Assembly (NCBI GenBank): GCA_965224475.1
Contig: CBDCZK010000006.1
Span: 27,171-59,170 of the forward strand
Length of the DNA: 32,000 nt
From: Endozoicomonadaceae bacterium
Lineage (GTDB): Bacteria; Pseudomonadota; Gammaproteobacteria; Pseudomonadales; Endozoicomonadaceae
Direction: 5' to 3'
The notes beneath the pieces were generated by a model. It was not told the origin of the DNA. It worked only from the letters and a program-made list of their open reading frames with translations, and made no database searches. A program made the translations under genes and the position numbers. Below, piece after piece: positions 19,034-28,981 of the stretch (within the stretch, counting starts at the first letter, position 1; the number at the start of each line of letters is the position of its first letter).

Positions 19034-19462
19034 GTCTTATATCTTTTTTTATTATTATTGAAACTACATTATCAAATTCGCATCCTCAAAAACAAGAAAA
19101 TAGCCGTGATTATTCAAAGGTTAAGGCCAATTTAGGGAACCGATGGAATGGCAGAATAGAGGGATAAATTATCGAGTATATGCCTAAGATATTATAGCAA
19201 ACTCACTTTTACTGCATATGCAAAACTCTGTGATAGGGGTGGGCGGTAAGTATATTTGGTATACAGCGCAAACACCTTTCCAAGGCTTTAGCAAATACAT
19301 TCCTACTCAATACTTCGATATCTTTGATTATTTCCATGCAGTTCATGGCTTTTAAGCCTGCCTTCTGGCAGGCAGGCCCTTTTTAGAATACTGATAATAT
19401 CAGTCTTAACAAAATCTAATACTCAACAGACTAGACTCAACATAGCTTTTAAAAAAACTTAG

Positions 19463-22400
19463 CTATGAATATTCAACTCGCGCCGAATCACTGCCCAACC
19501 ACTGTCGTAGGCCAACCACCAATTCATCACTGGGATTAACCTGCCACTGCTCACCTAGGCCAATACTGGCAGCAGCATCACTTCGACAGTAATTAATCTG
19601 AACAGGAAGATTCCCCTGATGTCCAGCTAACAGACCACTAAGTCGCTCAGAAAAACCCTTTACCATCTGCTCTGAATTGATATGTACAACCAGCCTTCTA
19701 GCATAATAGCTTCTGGCATCAATCAGGTTCATAACCCGCTTGGTTCGTACTTTCAGGCCGCCAGAGTAATCATCGTGATTAACTTCCCCTTCAATCACTA
19801 ACACCGCATCCTTTTGAATTAATGCCTGGTACTCATTAAAAGCATCCGCAAATACAGAGACCTCAATACGCCCCGTACGGTCATCTAGGGTAATAAAGGC
19901 CATTTTATCACCGCGCTTGTTTTTCATAATGCGCATATCAACCACCAATCCGGCAATATTCTGGCTATCGCCCCGTGCCGGCTGAAGATCTTTTATTCTA
20001 TTACGGATAAAGTGCTTGATTTCATGCTCATACTCATCAATAGGGTGACCGGTCAGATACAACCCAAGTGTTTCCTTTTCCCCTTGCAAACGCACCTTAT
20101 CAGGCCATGGGTGAATACCAGTGTACTTACCATAAACATCCTTTTCTCCGGCAGGCACCAGTGAGCCAAAAAGATCGCTATGCCCAGAACTAAAACTGCG
20201 CGCAGCCTGTTCAGCAGCTTTCACGGCCTCTTCCTGACTGGCTTCAAGTACAGCCCGGTTTTTACCCAGCTGCTCATGTTTACCAGCAACGGGTCCCAAC
20301 AAATCTACTGCGCCAGAACGGATAAGTGCTTCAAGCACCCGTTTATTTACACGCTTCAGGTCAACTCGCTCACAAAAATCAAACAGATCAGCAAAATCAC
20401 CACCAGTGGCTCTTGCCTCAACGATTGCTTCTATAGGCCCTTCACCCAATCCCTTGATAGCGCCTAGCCCATAAACAATATGTCCGTCATCATTAACACC
20501 AAACATATACTCTCCATTGTTTACATTTGGCGGCAAGACTGTCAGCCCCATATTCCGACACTCTTCGATAAAGGTAACGACCTTATCGGTATTTTGCATA
20601 TCGGAACTCATTACTGCAGCCATAAACTCGGCAGGATAATGGGTCTTTAACCAAAGTGTCTGGTAAGAAACCAGAGCATAAGCAGCAGAGTGGGACTTGT
20701 TAAAACCATAGCCAGCAAATTTTTCTACCAGGTCAAAAATCTTCATGGCCAATTCGCCATCAACACCCTTGCCTTTTGCACCATCTTCAAAAACAGCCCG
20801 CTGCTTAGCCATCTCTTCCGGCTTTTTTTTACCCATGGCCCGGCGCAACATGTCTGCCCCACCCAAGGTATAACCTGCCAATTCTTGGGCAATCTGCATG
20901 ACCTGCTCCTGATAGAGGATAATGCCATAGGTGGGCTCAAGGATTGGTTTCAGCCATTCATGCTGATACTGGGCATCCGGGTAAGAGACAGCTTCACGGC
21001 CATGCTTTCGGTTAATAAAATTATCTACCATGCCGGATTGGAGTGGACCCGGACGAAACAGAGCCACCAGCGCGATAATATCTTCGAAACAATCCGGTAA
21101 AAGCCGTTTGATTAGGTCTTTCATTCCCCTGGATTCAAGTTGGAAAACCGCCGTGGTTTCACCTTTTTTTAGTAAGGTGTAAGACTCAGGGTCAGCCAGG
21201 TCGATCTGCATGATATCCAGAGGCTCTTCCCCTCGCTGCTGGCGCCTGGGGTTTATCATTTTCAAGGCCCAGTCAATAATCGTCAGGGTTCTCAACCCCA
21301 GAAAGTCAAACTTGACCAGTCCCGCAGACTCTACATCGTTTTTATCGTACTGGGTAACAACACCATGACCATACTCATCACAATAAAGCGGTGCAAAATC
21401 TGTCAACTTTGTAGGCGCAATTACAACCCCACCAGCATGTTTACCTACATTTCTTGTCACCCCCTCCAGCTTCAAAGCCATTTCCCAGATTTCTGCCGCC
21501 TCTTCATCCTGCTCCAGGAAATCCCGTATCATTTCTTCCTGTTCATAGGCTTTATTCAGGGTCATACCTATTTCAAAGGGAATCATTTTGGAAAGCTTGT
21601 CAGCAAGACCATAGGACTTACCCTGAACCCGAGCCACATCACGTACAACAGCCTTAGCCGCCATGGTGCCAAAGGTAATAATCTGGGAAACGGCATCCTT
21701 ACCATAGGTTCGTGCTACATAATCGATAACACGATCCCTACCATCCATACAGAAATCCACATCAAAGTCAGGCATGGAAACCCGCTCAGGATTCAGGAAA
21801 CGTTCGAACAGGAGGTCATATTCTATAGGATCCAGATCGGTAATTTTCTGGGCATAAGCTACCAGAGAGCCTGCACCGGAGCCTCTACCTGGCCCTACAG
21901 GTATACCATTATTTTTAGACCACTGAATAAAGTCCATTACGATCAGGAAGTAACCGGGAAAGCCCATCTGTAGAATAATATCCAGCTCAAAATCAAGTCT
22001 GTCTCGGTAGACCTTCTCTTTAGTTGCGTAGTCTGGGTCATTTTTATCAAGAATGATGTCCAGCCTTTCTGTTAGCCCACCATGGGAAAACTCACGGAAA
22101 AATTGATCCATGGTTTTTCCTTCAGGAATCGGAAACTCTGGCAGGAAATACTCACCAAGAAGCACATCAATATTACATCGGCGAGCAATTTCAACCGTAT
22201 TCTCAATAGCCTCCGGAATATCAGAAAAAAGCGCTATCATCTCCTCTTCTGATTTTAAATACTGCTCATCAGAATAACGCCGGATTCGCCGAGGATCGTC
22301 CAGAGCAGCCCCCTCCCCTATACAGACTCTGGCTTCATGGGCTTCAAAATCATCCTTGGATAGAAACATCACATCATTGGTAGCAACAACGGGGCAGTCA

Positions 22401-22972
22401 TATTGACCAGCAAGCTCAACAGCAGCATGCAGATACTCTTCATCCCCCGACCTGTTAGTCCGCTGTAGCTCCAGGTAAAAACGATCAGGAAAAGCCCCCA
22501 TCCACTCTTTAAGGCTATCACTGGCCATGGATTCATTACCGGCGATAATGGCTTGTCCTACCTCACCTTCTCGCCCACCAGATAGTGCAATCAGGCCACA
22601 GGATTTTTCTTTTACCCACTCCCGTTTGACAATTGCTTTACCGTGGTGCTGATTTTCCAAAAAGGCCTGAGAAATCAGCTCCGTGAGATTCCTGTAACCT
22701 TTCTCGTTCATGCATAACAGCACCAGACGGGTAGGCTCATGGTCTTCCTGCGAATGCGTTACCCAAAGATCGGCTCCACAAATAGGCTTAATACCAGCTC
22801 CCATAGCACCGCTATAAAATTTCACCAGTGAACACAGATTTGACTGATCAGTTACAGCAACTGCAGGCATGCCAGCATCAGTTATTGCCTTGATAAGCGG
22901 TTTGATACGAACAAGGCCATCACTCAGGGAAAATTCAGTATGAAGTCTCAGGTGAACAAAACGTGCAGACAT
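19463..22972 (-). CDS. dnaE: DNA polymerase III alpha subunit
   Basis: 1169 aa. PHP domain start [12 protein letters not shown], polymerase core ([31 protein letters not shown]) and a C-terminal OB fold region. Normal length, no intein-sized insert. Confidence 0.97.
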   Translation of the reverse strand: MSARFVHLRLHTEFSLSDGLVRIKPLIKAITDAGMPAVAVTDQSNLCSLVKFYSGAMGAGIKPICGADLWVTHSQEDHEPTRLVLLCMNEKGYRNLTELISQAFLENQHHGKAIVKREWVKEKSCGLIALSGGREGEVGQAIIAGNESMASDSLKEWMGAFPDRFYLELQRTNRSGDEEYLHAAVELAGQYDCPVVATNDVMFLSKDDFEAHEARVCIGEGAALDDPRRIRRYSDEQYLKSEEEMIALFSDIPEAIENTVEIARRCNIDVLLGEYFLPEFPIPEGKTMDQFFREFSHGGLTERLDIILDKNDPDYATKEKVYRDRLDFELDIILQMGFPGYFLIVMDFIQWSKNNGIPVGPGRGSGAGSLVAYAQKITDLDPIEYDLLFERFLNPERVSMPDFDVDFCMDGRDRVIDYVARTYGKDAVSQIITFGTMAAKAVVRDVARVQGKSYGLADKLSKMIPFEIGMTLNKAYEQEEMIRDFLEQDEEAAEIWEMALKLEGVTRNVGKHAGGVVIAPTKLTDFAPLYCDEYGHGVVTQYDKNDVESAGLVKFDFLGLRTLTIIDWALKMINPRRQQRGEEPLDIMQIDLADPESYTLLKKGETTAVFQLESRGMKDLIKRLLPDCFEDIIALVALFRPGPLQSGMVDNFINRKHGREAVSYPDAQYQHEWLKPILEPTYGIILYQEQVMQIAQELAGYTLGGADMLRRAMGKKKPEEMAKQRAVFEDGAKGKGVDGELAMKIFDLVEKFAGYGFNKSHSAAYALVSYQTLWLKTHYPAEFMAAVMSSDMQNTDKVVTFIEECRNMGLTVLPPNVNNGEYMFGVNDDGHIVYGLGAIKGLGEGPIEAIVEARATGGDFADLFDFCERVDLKRVNKRVLEALIRSGAVDLLGPVAGKHEQLGKNRAVLEASQEEAVKAAEQAARSFSSGHSDLFGSLVPAGEKDVYGKYTGIHPWPDKVRLQGEKETLGLYLTGHPIDEYEHEIKHFIRNRIKDLQPARGDSQNIAGLVVDMRIMKNKRGDKMAFITLDDRTGRIEVSVFADAFNEYQALIQKDAVLVIEGEVNHDDYSGGLKVRTKRVMNLIDARSYYARRLVVHINSEQMVKGFSERLSGLLAGHQGNLPVQINYCRSDAAASIGLGEQWQVNPSDELVVGLRQWLGSDSARVEYS

Positions 22973-23076
22973 GGTATGTATGGGATAGGTATTGAAGGCT
23001 CTTTATTCTAGCAGTCCTTGGGAGCTGCGATCCAGACGATTCTGATAGGCATCTAGAAGAAACAGCAATAACAATA

Positions 23077-23961
23077 ATGGCAGTGAATATGAGAAAAACA
23101 TTAGTTTTATCGCTGTATGCTATCGCCCTAATTACTGGTTTATTTTGTTATCAGTGGGTATATCCTGAAAAACCGATAAGCGAGAGCCCTTCTCTCACTA
23201 TTAAGGTTCCACCATCTATAAACAACTCTCAAAAAATCGAGCAAAAACCTCGGTGGTATAAGCTTTTTGGCTTAAACCAGCCCTGGCAATACGGCATCAT
23301 CCCTGAACCCGGTATTGATGGTGACGCTGAAATCTATGAAGTCAGTGACACCGACCCAACCAAAACTGCACAAGCCAGTTTTGTAGATTTTGCCCGTTCT
23401 TTCAGGGACGATGTCATGAAAGCGGCTTATAATAATGGCTGGGACGACGTTAATAATGCCATGAATGATGGCTATAGCAACGGCCCTCCTTTTGACTTTC
23501 TTCATTACGTTAATTTTGATTACACCAAAGATGGCCGATTGCTGGACCCGGCCAAGCCGGAATTCCTGATGTACTACCCAACGTCCAAAGGACAGGTTTT
23601 GGCAGGCGCCATGTTTTTAACAGAAAAACTCTATGATCACGGGCCTCAGCCTGGAGGGGCTGAAATGATCTGGCACTACCATACCTCAGAACAGGCATTC
23701 TGCTTTCGAAACAATGTAATGGTTGAGTTTGAGGACGATAACAGTTGCGCGAATGGCATTGCTTCACGGCGCTCCCCAGAAATGCTCCACGTCTGGTTCG
23801 TTGACCACCCTGAAGGGCCTTATTCTACTGAAATGTGTCTACCTTCAGGTATTATTGAAGGCTGGGAAGGAAGGAAAACCTGGGAGCAGGAGCGTATCAG
23901 ACGGTACGACCAGCACACTAAAATTTTAAGGGAAAAAAAATTTACAGTTAAGGAAAACTGA
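23077..23961 (+). CDS. Hypothetical membrane-anchored protein
   Basis: 294 aa with a single N-terminal TM/signal-anchor (TLVLSLYAIALITGLFCYQWV). The soluble domain contains His/Cys-containing blocks (WHYHTSEQAFCF, LHVWFVDHPEGPYSTEMC). No family recognised. Opposite strand to its neighbours. Confidence 0.6.
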   Translation: MAVNMRKTLVLSLYAIALITGLFCYQWVYPEKPISESPSLTIKVPPSINNSQKIEQKPRWYKLFGLNQPWQYGIIPEPGIDGDAEIYEVSDTDPTKTAQASFVDFARSFRDDVMKAAYNNGWDDVNNAMNDGYSNGPPFDFLHYVNFDYTKDGRLLDPAKPEFLMYYPTSKGQVLAGAMFLTEKLYDHGPQPGGAEMIWHYHTSEQAFCFRNNVMVEFEDDNSCANGIASRRSPEMLHVWFVDHPEGPYSTEMCLPSGIIEGWEGRKTWEQERIRRYDQHTKILREKKFTVKEN

Positions 23962-24052
23962 GGGCGAAAAGCACACTATTGAGCACTGCAAAATTTCACT
24001 ATCTAAACAATGACTAGTACGCTATCCCTCAGTATAAGTTCTCAATTAATCT

Positions 24053-24673
24053 TTAGCATTTAGCTTCTACAAGCTCCCTAACTGGCTTGAAAGACCTACG
24101 ATAAATAGGTGTTGGCCCAAGGGTTTTCAAAGCATTCAGATGCGCCTTCGTTGGGTAGCCTTTATGACCAGCAATGCCGTAGCCAGGATACTGTTTATCC
24201 AAATCCAGCATTTCCCTATCCCTTGCCACTTTGGCAAGAATAGAAGCCGCCGCAATTTCCGGCACTTTACTATCACCTTTTACAATGGCTTCAGACTGAC
24301 AAGGCAACGATGGACAACGATTACCATCGATTAGCGCCAGTTCTGGCTGAATGGTTAAGCCAAGTACTGCTCGTTGCATCGCCAACATACTGGCATGCAG
24401 AATATTAAGCTGGTCAATCTCCTCTACTTCAGCCCGACCAATATACCAAGCCAGACTTTTCTCGCAGATCTCATCAAAAAGCAATTCACGTTTTTTTTCA
24501 GAGAGCTTTTTGGAATCGTTAAGGCCCGTAATAGGTTTCTTCTCATCCAGAATCACGGCTGCGGCAATAACTGGGCCACACAAAGGCCCTCTACCAACTT
24601 CATCAACGCCTGCGACGACAATCTCTTGTGAATGCACTTCAAAGTCAAGCGTTTGTTGCATGATGATCCTCAA
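24053..24673 (-). CDS. rnhB: Ribonuclease HII
   Basis: 206 aa with [15 protein letters not shown] and DSKKLS motifs. An alternative start Met lies at 24661. It overlaps the lpxB 3' end. Confidence 0.93.
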   Translation of the reverse strand: MRIIMQQTLDFEVHSQEIVVAGVDEVGRGPLCGPVIAAAVILDEKKPITGLNDSKKLSEKKRELLFDEICEKSLAWYIGRAEVEEIDQLNILHASMLAMQRAVLGLTIQPELALIDGNRCPSLPCQSEAIVKGDSKVPEIAAASILAKVARDREMLDLDKQYPGYGIAGHKGYPTKAHLNALKTLGPTPIYRRSFKPVRELVEAKC

Positions 24674-25826
24674 TCACTGACTTCACCGCACCATAAGCAA
24701 GCTGACTGGCATTACGCTTAAGCTGACGATGTATTTTTTCGAACTCTTGCACAAGCTCAGCCTGATATGCTTTATCGGAAAGTGCCCGTATCATTGCAGC
24801 ACATAGATTCTCTGGTATTGCATCATCCTGCAGCAATTCAGGTACAACTTCCCTTCCTGCCAGCAAATTAGGAAGAGCTACATGCTCAACCTTTACCAGT
24901 CGTTTAGCAATAGCAAATGTCAATGGGCTCATACGGTAGCTAACTACCAATGGTCGCTTATGTAGAGCAGCTTCCAAAGTTGCAGTACCTGATGCAATCA
25001 AAATAGCATCAGAGGCTGCCATGACTTCAGATGCCCGTCCATCGTAAAGTGTAATATCAAGGTCTTTAAAATTGTCAACCAACTGCAACAACTGATGCTT
25101 ACGCTTATCATTGGCACAGGGGACAATAAAGCGGGCTTCAGGGATCTCTTTTCGAAGCAGACGGGCCGTTAAAAAAAAGAGCTCACCCAGGCGAGCAACT
25201 TCAGCTTTACGGCTACCGGGTAAAATACCAATAACAGGCCCATTTTCCGCAATACCTAAGCTCTGGCGGGCACTTAGTTTGTCTGGAACCATAGGAACTT
25301 TATCAGCCAATGGGTGACCAACAAAGGTAACATCCAACGCATGCTTCTTGTAATACTTCGCTTCGAAAGGTAGCAGAGCAAGCATATGGTCAACAGAGTG
25401 CTTAATCTTTTTTAAACGCCCTTCACGCCAGGCCCATACTTGAGGACTTACATAATGAGCTGTAGGTATACCTGATGCCTTCAGCTGTTTTTCCAGACCA
25501 AGATTAAAATCGGGCGCATCAATACCCACAAAGATATCTGGCCGGTCTCGCAAGAAGCGCTCTCTCAACTGCCTTCGAATACCAATCAGTTCTTTCAAGC
25601 GCCCCAATACTTCTACAAGCCCCATAACAGATAGTCTATCCATGGGAAACAGGCTTTCAAAACCCTCCGCTTGCATTAATGGCCCACCGATACCATAACA
25701 ATGAGCATCGGGGTGGTGGCGTTTAATTTCCTTAATAAGACCAGCAGCCAGAATATCACCCGATGCTTCACCAGCAACCATGGCTATTTCAAGAGGCCTA
25801 TTAGTTTTTGCTAAAGGCTTGGTCAT
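24645..25826 (-). CDS. lpxB: Lipid-A-disaccharide synthase
   Basis: 393 aa. [25 protein letters not shown] and SGTATLE motifs. Position between lpxA and rnhB. Confidence 0.93.
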   Translation of the reverse strand: MTKPLAKTNRPLEIAMVAGEASGDILAAGLIKEIKRHHPDAHCYGIGGPLMQAEGFESLFPMDRLSVMGLVEVLGRLKELIGIRRQLRERFLRDRPDIFVGIDAPDFNLGLEKQLKASGIPTAHYVSPQVWAWREGRLKKIKHSVDHMLALLPFEAKYYKKHALDVTFVGHPLADKVPMVPDKLSARQSLGIAENGPVIGILPGSRKAEVARLGELFFLTARLLRKEIPEARFIVPCANDKRKHQLLQLVDNFKDLDITLYDGRASEVMAASDAILIASGTATLEAALHKRPLVVSYRMSPLTFAIAKRLVKVEHVALPNLLAGREVVPELLQDDAIPENLCAAMIRALSDKAYQAELVQEFEKIHRQLKRNASQLAYGAVKSVIEDHHATNA

Positions 25827-25829
25827 GGT

Positions 25830-26633
25830 TTAACGGGTTATCCCCCGAGTCGATGCTTTTAGAGAATCAATAAGTAGTTGGACTTCTGGTACAGGTTCCA
25901 CCTGTTCAAGTTGGGCAATCGCCTCTACAGTTCGGAGTCCCTGGCGATAGATAATTTTATAGCAGTTTTTCAGGGTTCGAATGAGCTCCTTACTATACCC
26001 TCTTCTACGCATACCTTCGTAATTCATCCCATGAGCTTCTGCAGGATTACCACTGACCATGACAAAAGCAGGGACATCCTTGAAAATGGTTGAGTTACCG
26101 GCACTCATACTGTAGGGACCTATAACAGAAAACTGGTGAACCCCGGTAAAGCCCCCCAGAATCGCACCATCACCAATAGTGACATGCCCTCCCAGTGTCG
26201 CATTATTCGCAAGTATGCAGTCGTTACAAATAATACAGTCATGGGCAATATGGACATAAGCCATCAACAAATTGTTATTGCCAATCCGGGTTAAACCCTC
26301 ATCTTGGACGGTTCCCCGATGAATCGTACAACCTTCCCGAATAATATTGTTGTCGCCAATTTCAAGACGGGTGGGTTCATCAGCATATTTTTTATCCTGA
26401 CAAGCCTCACCAACACTGGCAAACTGGAAAATACGATTATTCCGACCTATCCGCGTAGGCCCTTTAATAACAACGTGGGAATGAATAACCGTACCCGACT
26501 CAATTTCCACATCAGGACCAATAAGCGTCCATGCACCAACCTGCACATCAGCAGCCACTTTGGCTTTTGGGTCAATGATCGCCGTCGGATGAATCCCGGT
26601 AATTGATTCGTTACTAAAACGGGAATCGTTCAA
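25830..26633 (-). CDS. lpxA: UDP-N-acetylglucosamine acyltransferase
   Basis: 267 aa. Left-handed beta-helix hexapeptide repeats and a C-terminal helical domain (N.EG..RRG). Conserved operon position. Confidence 0.93.
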   Translation of the reverse strand: MNDSRFSNESITGIHPTAIIDPKAKVAADVQVGAWTLIGPDVEIESGTVIHSHVVIKGPTRIGRNNRIFQFASVGEACQDKKYADEPTRLEIGDNNIIREGCTIHRGTVQDEGLTRIGNNNLLMAYVHIAHDCIICNDCILANNATLGGHVTIGDGAILGGFTGVHQFSVIGPYSMSAGNSTIFKDVPAFVMVSGNPAEAHGMNYEGMRRRGYSKELIRTLKNCYKIIYRQGLRTVEAIAQLEQVEPVPEVQLLIDSLKASTRGITR

Positions 26634-26635
26634 GT

Positions 26636-27076
26636 CTAAAGCTCCTTTCTCGCACAGGTTACTTCGGCAGAACAGACAATCTTACCATCAACCAGTGCTT
26701 CACAGGAAAATTTCCAGATATTCCGTTTACGGACAAGATATTGCGCTTTCAAAATCACTTGATCACCCGGTACTACCGGCCGCTTGAATCTCACTTTGTC
26801 TGCACCGGCAAAATAATAAATTGAGTTTTCATCAGGCTCTGCACCAACAATTTGATAACCCAGAATGCCTGCTGCCTGAGCCATAGCCTCAATAATCAGA
26901 ACCCCGGGCATAATTGCATGGCCAGGAAAGTGACCATTGAAAAATGGTTCATTGACTGAAACATTTTTGATGCATTCAATCGTATTCTCTTCAAGATTGA
27001 CACCCACCACCCTGTCTACCAGTAAAAAGGGATAACGGTGTGGCAAAATTTCTCTGATTTCCTCAATTCTGATCAT
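26636..27076 (-). CDS. fabZ: 3-hydroxyacyl-ACP dehydratase
   Basis: 146 aa. [31 protein letters not shown]. Confidence 0.95.
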   Translation of the reverse strand: MIRIEEIREILPHRYPFLLVDRVVGVNLEENTIECIKNVSVNEPFFNGHFPGHAIMPGVLIIEAMAQAAGILGYQIVGAEPDENSIYYFAGADKVRFKRPVVPGDQVILKAQYLVRKRNIWKFSCEALVDGKIVCSAEVTCARKEL

Positions 27077-27108
27077 GGACTATCAACTCAAATCATGGCC
27101 AAATACGT

Positions 27109-27135
27109 AAAAAGGCTGGTTAATCCAGCCTTTTT
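27109..27135. terminator. Bidirectional hairpin in the lpxD-fabZ spacer
   Basis: AAAAAGGCTGG-ttaat-CCAGCCTTTTT. A GC core stem is flanked by A5/T5, so it reads as stem plus T-run on both strands. Confidence 0.45.
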
Positions 27136-27181
27136 ATAAAGCAGCAGAACTCGCATAGCTATGAATAAACAGCAGAAAACA

Positions 27182-28204
27182 CTACTGATTTTCAAGTTGC
27201 TTAAGTCGCTTTGCCATATCATCCAGCTGCCTGAAACGTACAACATTTTTACGCCAGTCCCGCGCTTCCATAAAGCCAGTTCCTGATGCATACGCACCCG
27301 GTTTCTTTATAGAGCGGGTTACCATAGCCATGCCGCCTATGTGTACATTATCCGCAATTTCAATATGACCAGCAAAACCTGCGGCTCCAGCTATAGTGCA
27401 GTTTTCTCCTATACGGGTACTTCCTGATATACCAACAGAGGCAGCGATGGCTGTGTTTTTTCCAATGACAACGTTATGGGCCACCTGAATTAAATTATCC
27501 AGTCTGACACCATCACCTATAATTGTATCACCGAGAGCGCCCCGATCGATACAAGTACAAGAGCCAATTTCTACGTCATTGCCTATAACAACGCCACCTA
27601 TCTGCGCAATTTTAAACCACTTACCCTGATCACGGGCGTTGCCAAACCCATCACTGCCTACTACTGCACCGCAATGGATTATAACCCGTTCACCGATACT
27701 GACACCGTGACAAATAGTAACATTACGACCAAGATGCGTATCCTGACCAATAATGGAGTCATGCCCAACCACCGCTCCAGCATCTATTCTTACACCTTTG
27801 GCAATATCAGCACCCGACTCTATAACTACATTAGGGCCAATAGCAGCCTCCGGGTGAACTGTCGCACCAGGGTCAACAACTGCACTTGGATGCACACCCT
27901 GAGGTAAACCCTTATCCGGATCAAACAGATGGGATAGTTTGGCGTATCCCAGATAGGGGTTGTCTACTACAAGGCTATTTCCATGAAAGGCTACCTCATG
28001 CCCAGGAGCAAGAATAACAGCACCAGCCTGAGTATGTTCAAGGTATTTTGCGTAGGCCGGGTTGGCGAGAAAACTCAATTCAGTTTCATTGGCATCCTGG
28101 AGAGTATTTAACCCACCAATAACTTTTGAAGCATCACCATTCAGTGATGCTCCAATATGCTCTGACAGCTCTGACAGTGTGTAGGAGTCTTTTTGCTTCA
28201 TCAA
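27182..28204 (-). CDS. lpxD: UDP-3-O-acylglucosamine N-acyltransferase
   Basis: 340 aa. N-terminal uridine-binding domain followed by extended hexapeptide repeats. Conserved position between skp and fabZ. Confidence 0.93.
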   Translation of the reverse strand: MMKQKDSYTLSELSEHIGASLNGDASKVIGGLNTLQDANETELSFLANPAYAKYLEHTQAGAVILAPGHEVAFHGNSLVVDNPYLGYAKLSHLFDPDKGLPQGVHPSAVVDPGATVHPEAAIGPNVVIESGADIAKGVRIDAGAVVGHDSIIGQDTHLGRNVTICHGVSIGERVIIHCGAVVGSDGFGNARDQGKWFKIAQIGGVVIGNDVEIGSCTCIDRGALGDTIIGDGVRLDNLIQVAHNVVIGKNTAIAASVGISGSTRIGENCTIAGAAGFAGHIEIADNVHIGGMAMVTRSIKKPGAYASGTGFMEARDWRKNVVRFRQLDDMAKRLKQLENQ

Positions 28205-28735
28205 TTACTTCATCTGATTTAAGCGTTCAATGACTTTTCTGGTAATATCATAGTCATTTTTCACAAAACGGACAGCACCACGCTCAAGCACCAGGTCGTA
28301 ATTCTGCTCTTTGGCCACTTTATCGATTGCCTGATCCAGCTTTGGCCTTAGTTTACCCAGCTCAGCCTGATCTGAACGGGCCTTGTCCATACGCAACTGG
28401 CGATCTTGAAGCTGCAGGTCTTCATACTTCCGCTTAATTTCCAGCTGGCGGCTTTCTCTCTGGGCTTCACTTAATGTCGCACCATCCTTTTGCAGTTTTT
28501 GTTCGCTGTTCTTTATTTCATCCTGAAGTGCCTTAAGCTTCTTAATACGAGGCGCAAAAAGTGCTTCAGACTCCTTAGCGTATTTCTTGGCTGCATCAGA
28601 TTCCAATACTGCCATTTCAGAATCAACAACAGCAATCCGCATCCCTGCATTGGCCTGTTTTGAAACAGAGGTTGCAGCATGAGCAAATGGAACAAGCATC
28701 ACCAATGCAAAAATAGCCAATTTGATTTGTTTCAA
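28205..28735 (-). CDS. skp: Periplasmic chaperone Skp (OmpH)
   Basis: Signal peptide KQIKLAIFALVMLVPFAHA|A followed by a coiled, K/E/Q-rich body. The preferred start is TTG 28733-28735, which has AGGAGA 6 nt upstream. The track start TTG 28765 has only 1-nt spacing to its GGGGAGA. Confidence 0.85.
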   Translation of the reverse strand: MKQIKLAIFALVMLVPFAHAATSVSKQANAGMRIAVVDSEMAVLESDAAKKYAKESEALFAPRIKKLKALQDEIKNSEQKLQKDGATLSEAQRESRQLEIKRKYEDLQLQDRQLRMDKARSDQAELGKLRPKLDQAIDKVAKEQNYDLVLERGAVRFVKNDYDITRKVIERLNQMK

Positions 28736-28883
28736 GTTAAGTCTCCTGATTGTTTGTATTCCCAAGTCTCCCCCATTATTTGGAGAGACATTAATATTTA
28801 CACCATTGGTGTTTAAGCCCTTACTTCGACATCCAACGCCTACCGATAAGGACTGCGGAGCTAAAGCTGGCGGCCATTATAGC

Positions 28884-28909
28884 GAAAAGGTGCGTATCCG
28901 CACCTTTTC
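28884..28909. terminator. Hairpin in the bamA-skp spacer
   Basis: GAAAAGGTGCG-tatc-CGCACCTTTTC in the 216-bp gap. A second inverted repeat TATAGTCAG/CTGACTATA lies at about 28933-28970. Confidence 0.4.
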
Positions 28910-28981
28910 TTCTTATAAATGAACCTGCTTTCTATAGTCAGTCAACTGGTTTCTTATCTGGGCTGACTATAAATCAACAGC

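Noticed and set aside
19356-19385. Hairpin GCCTGCC-ttct-GGCAGGC downstream of dnaE as its terminator.
   Set aside because: On the dnaE (minus) strand the stem is not followed by a U-tract. The T-run is on the plus strand, where no gene ends. It is left uncalled as a terminator.
27088-27297. 69-aa minus-strand ORF spanning the lpxD 3' end and the lpxD-fabZ spacer.
   Set aside because: It overlaps lpxD out of frame and runs through the hairpin. There is no support for it as a coding sequence.
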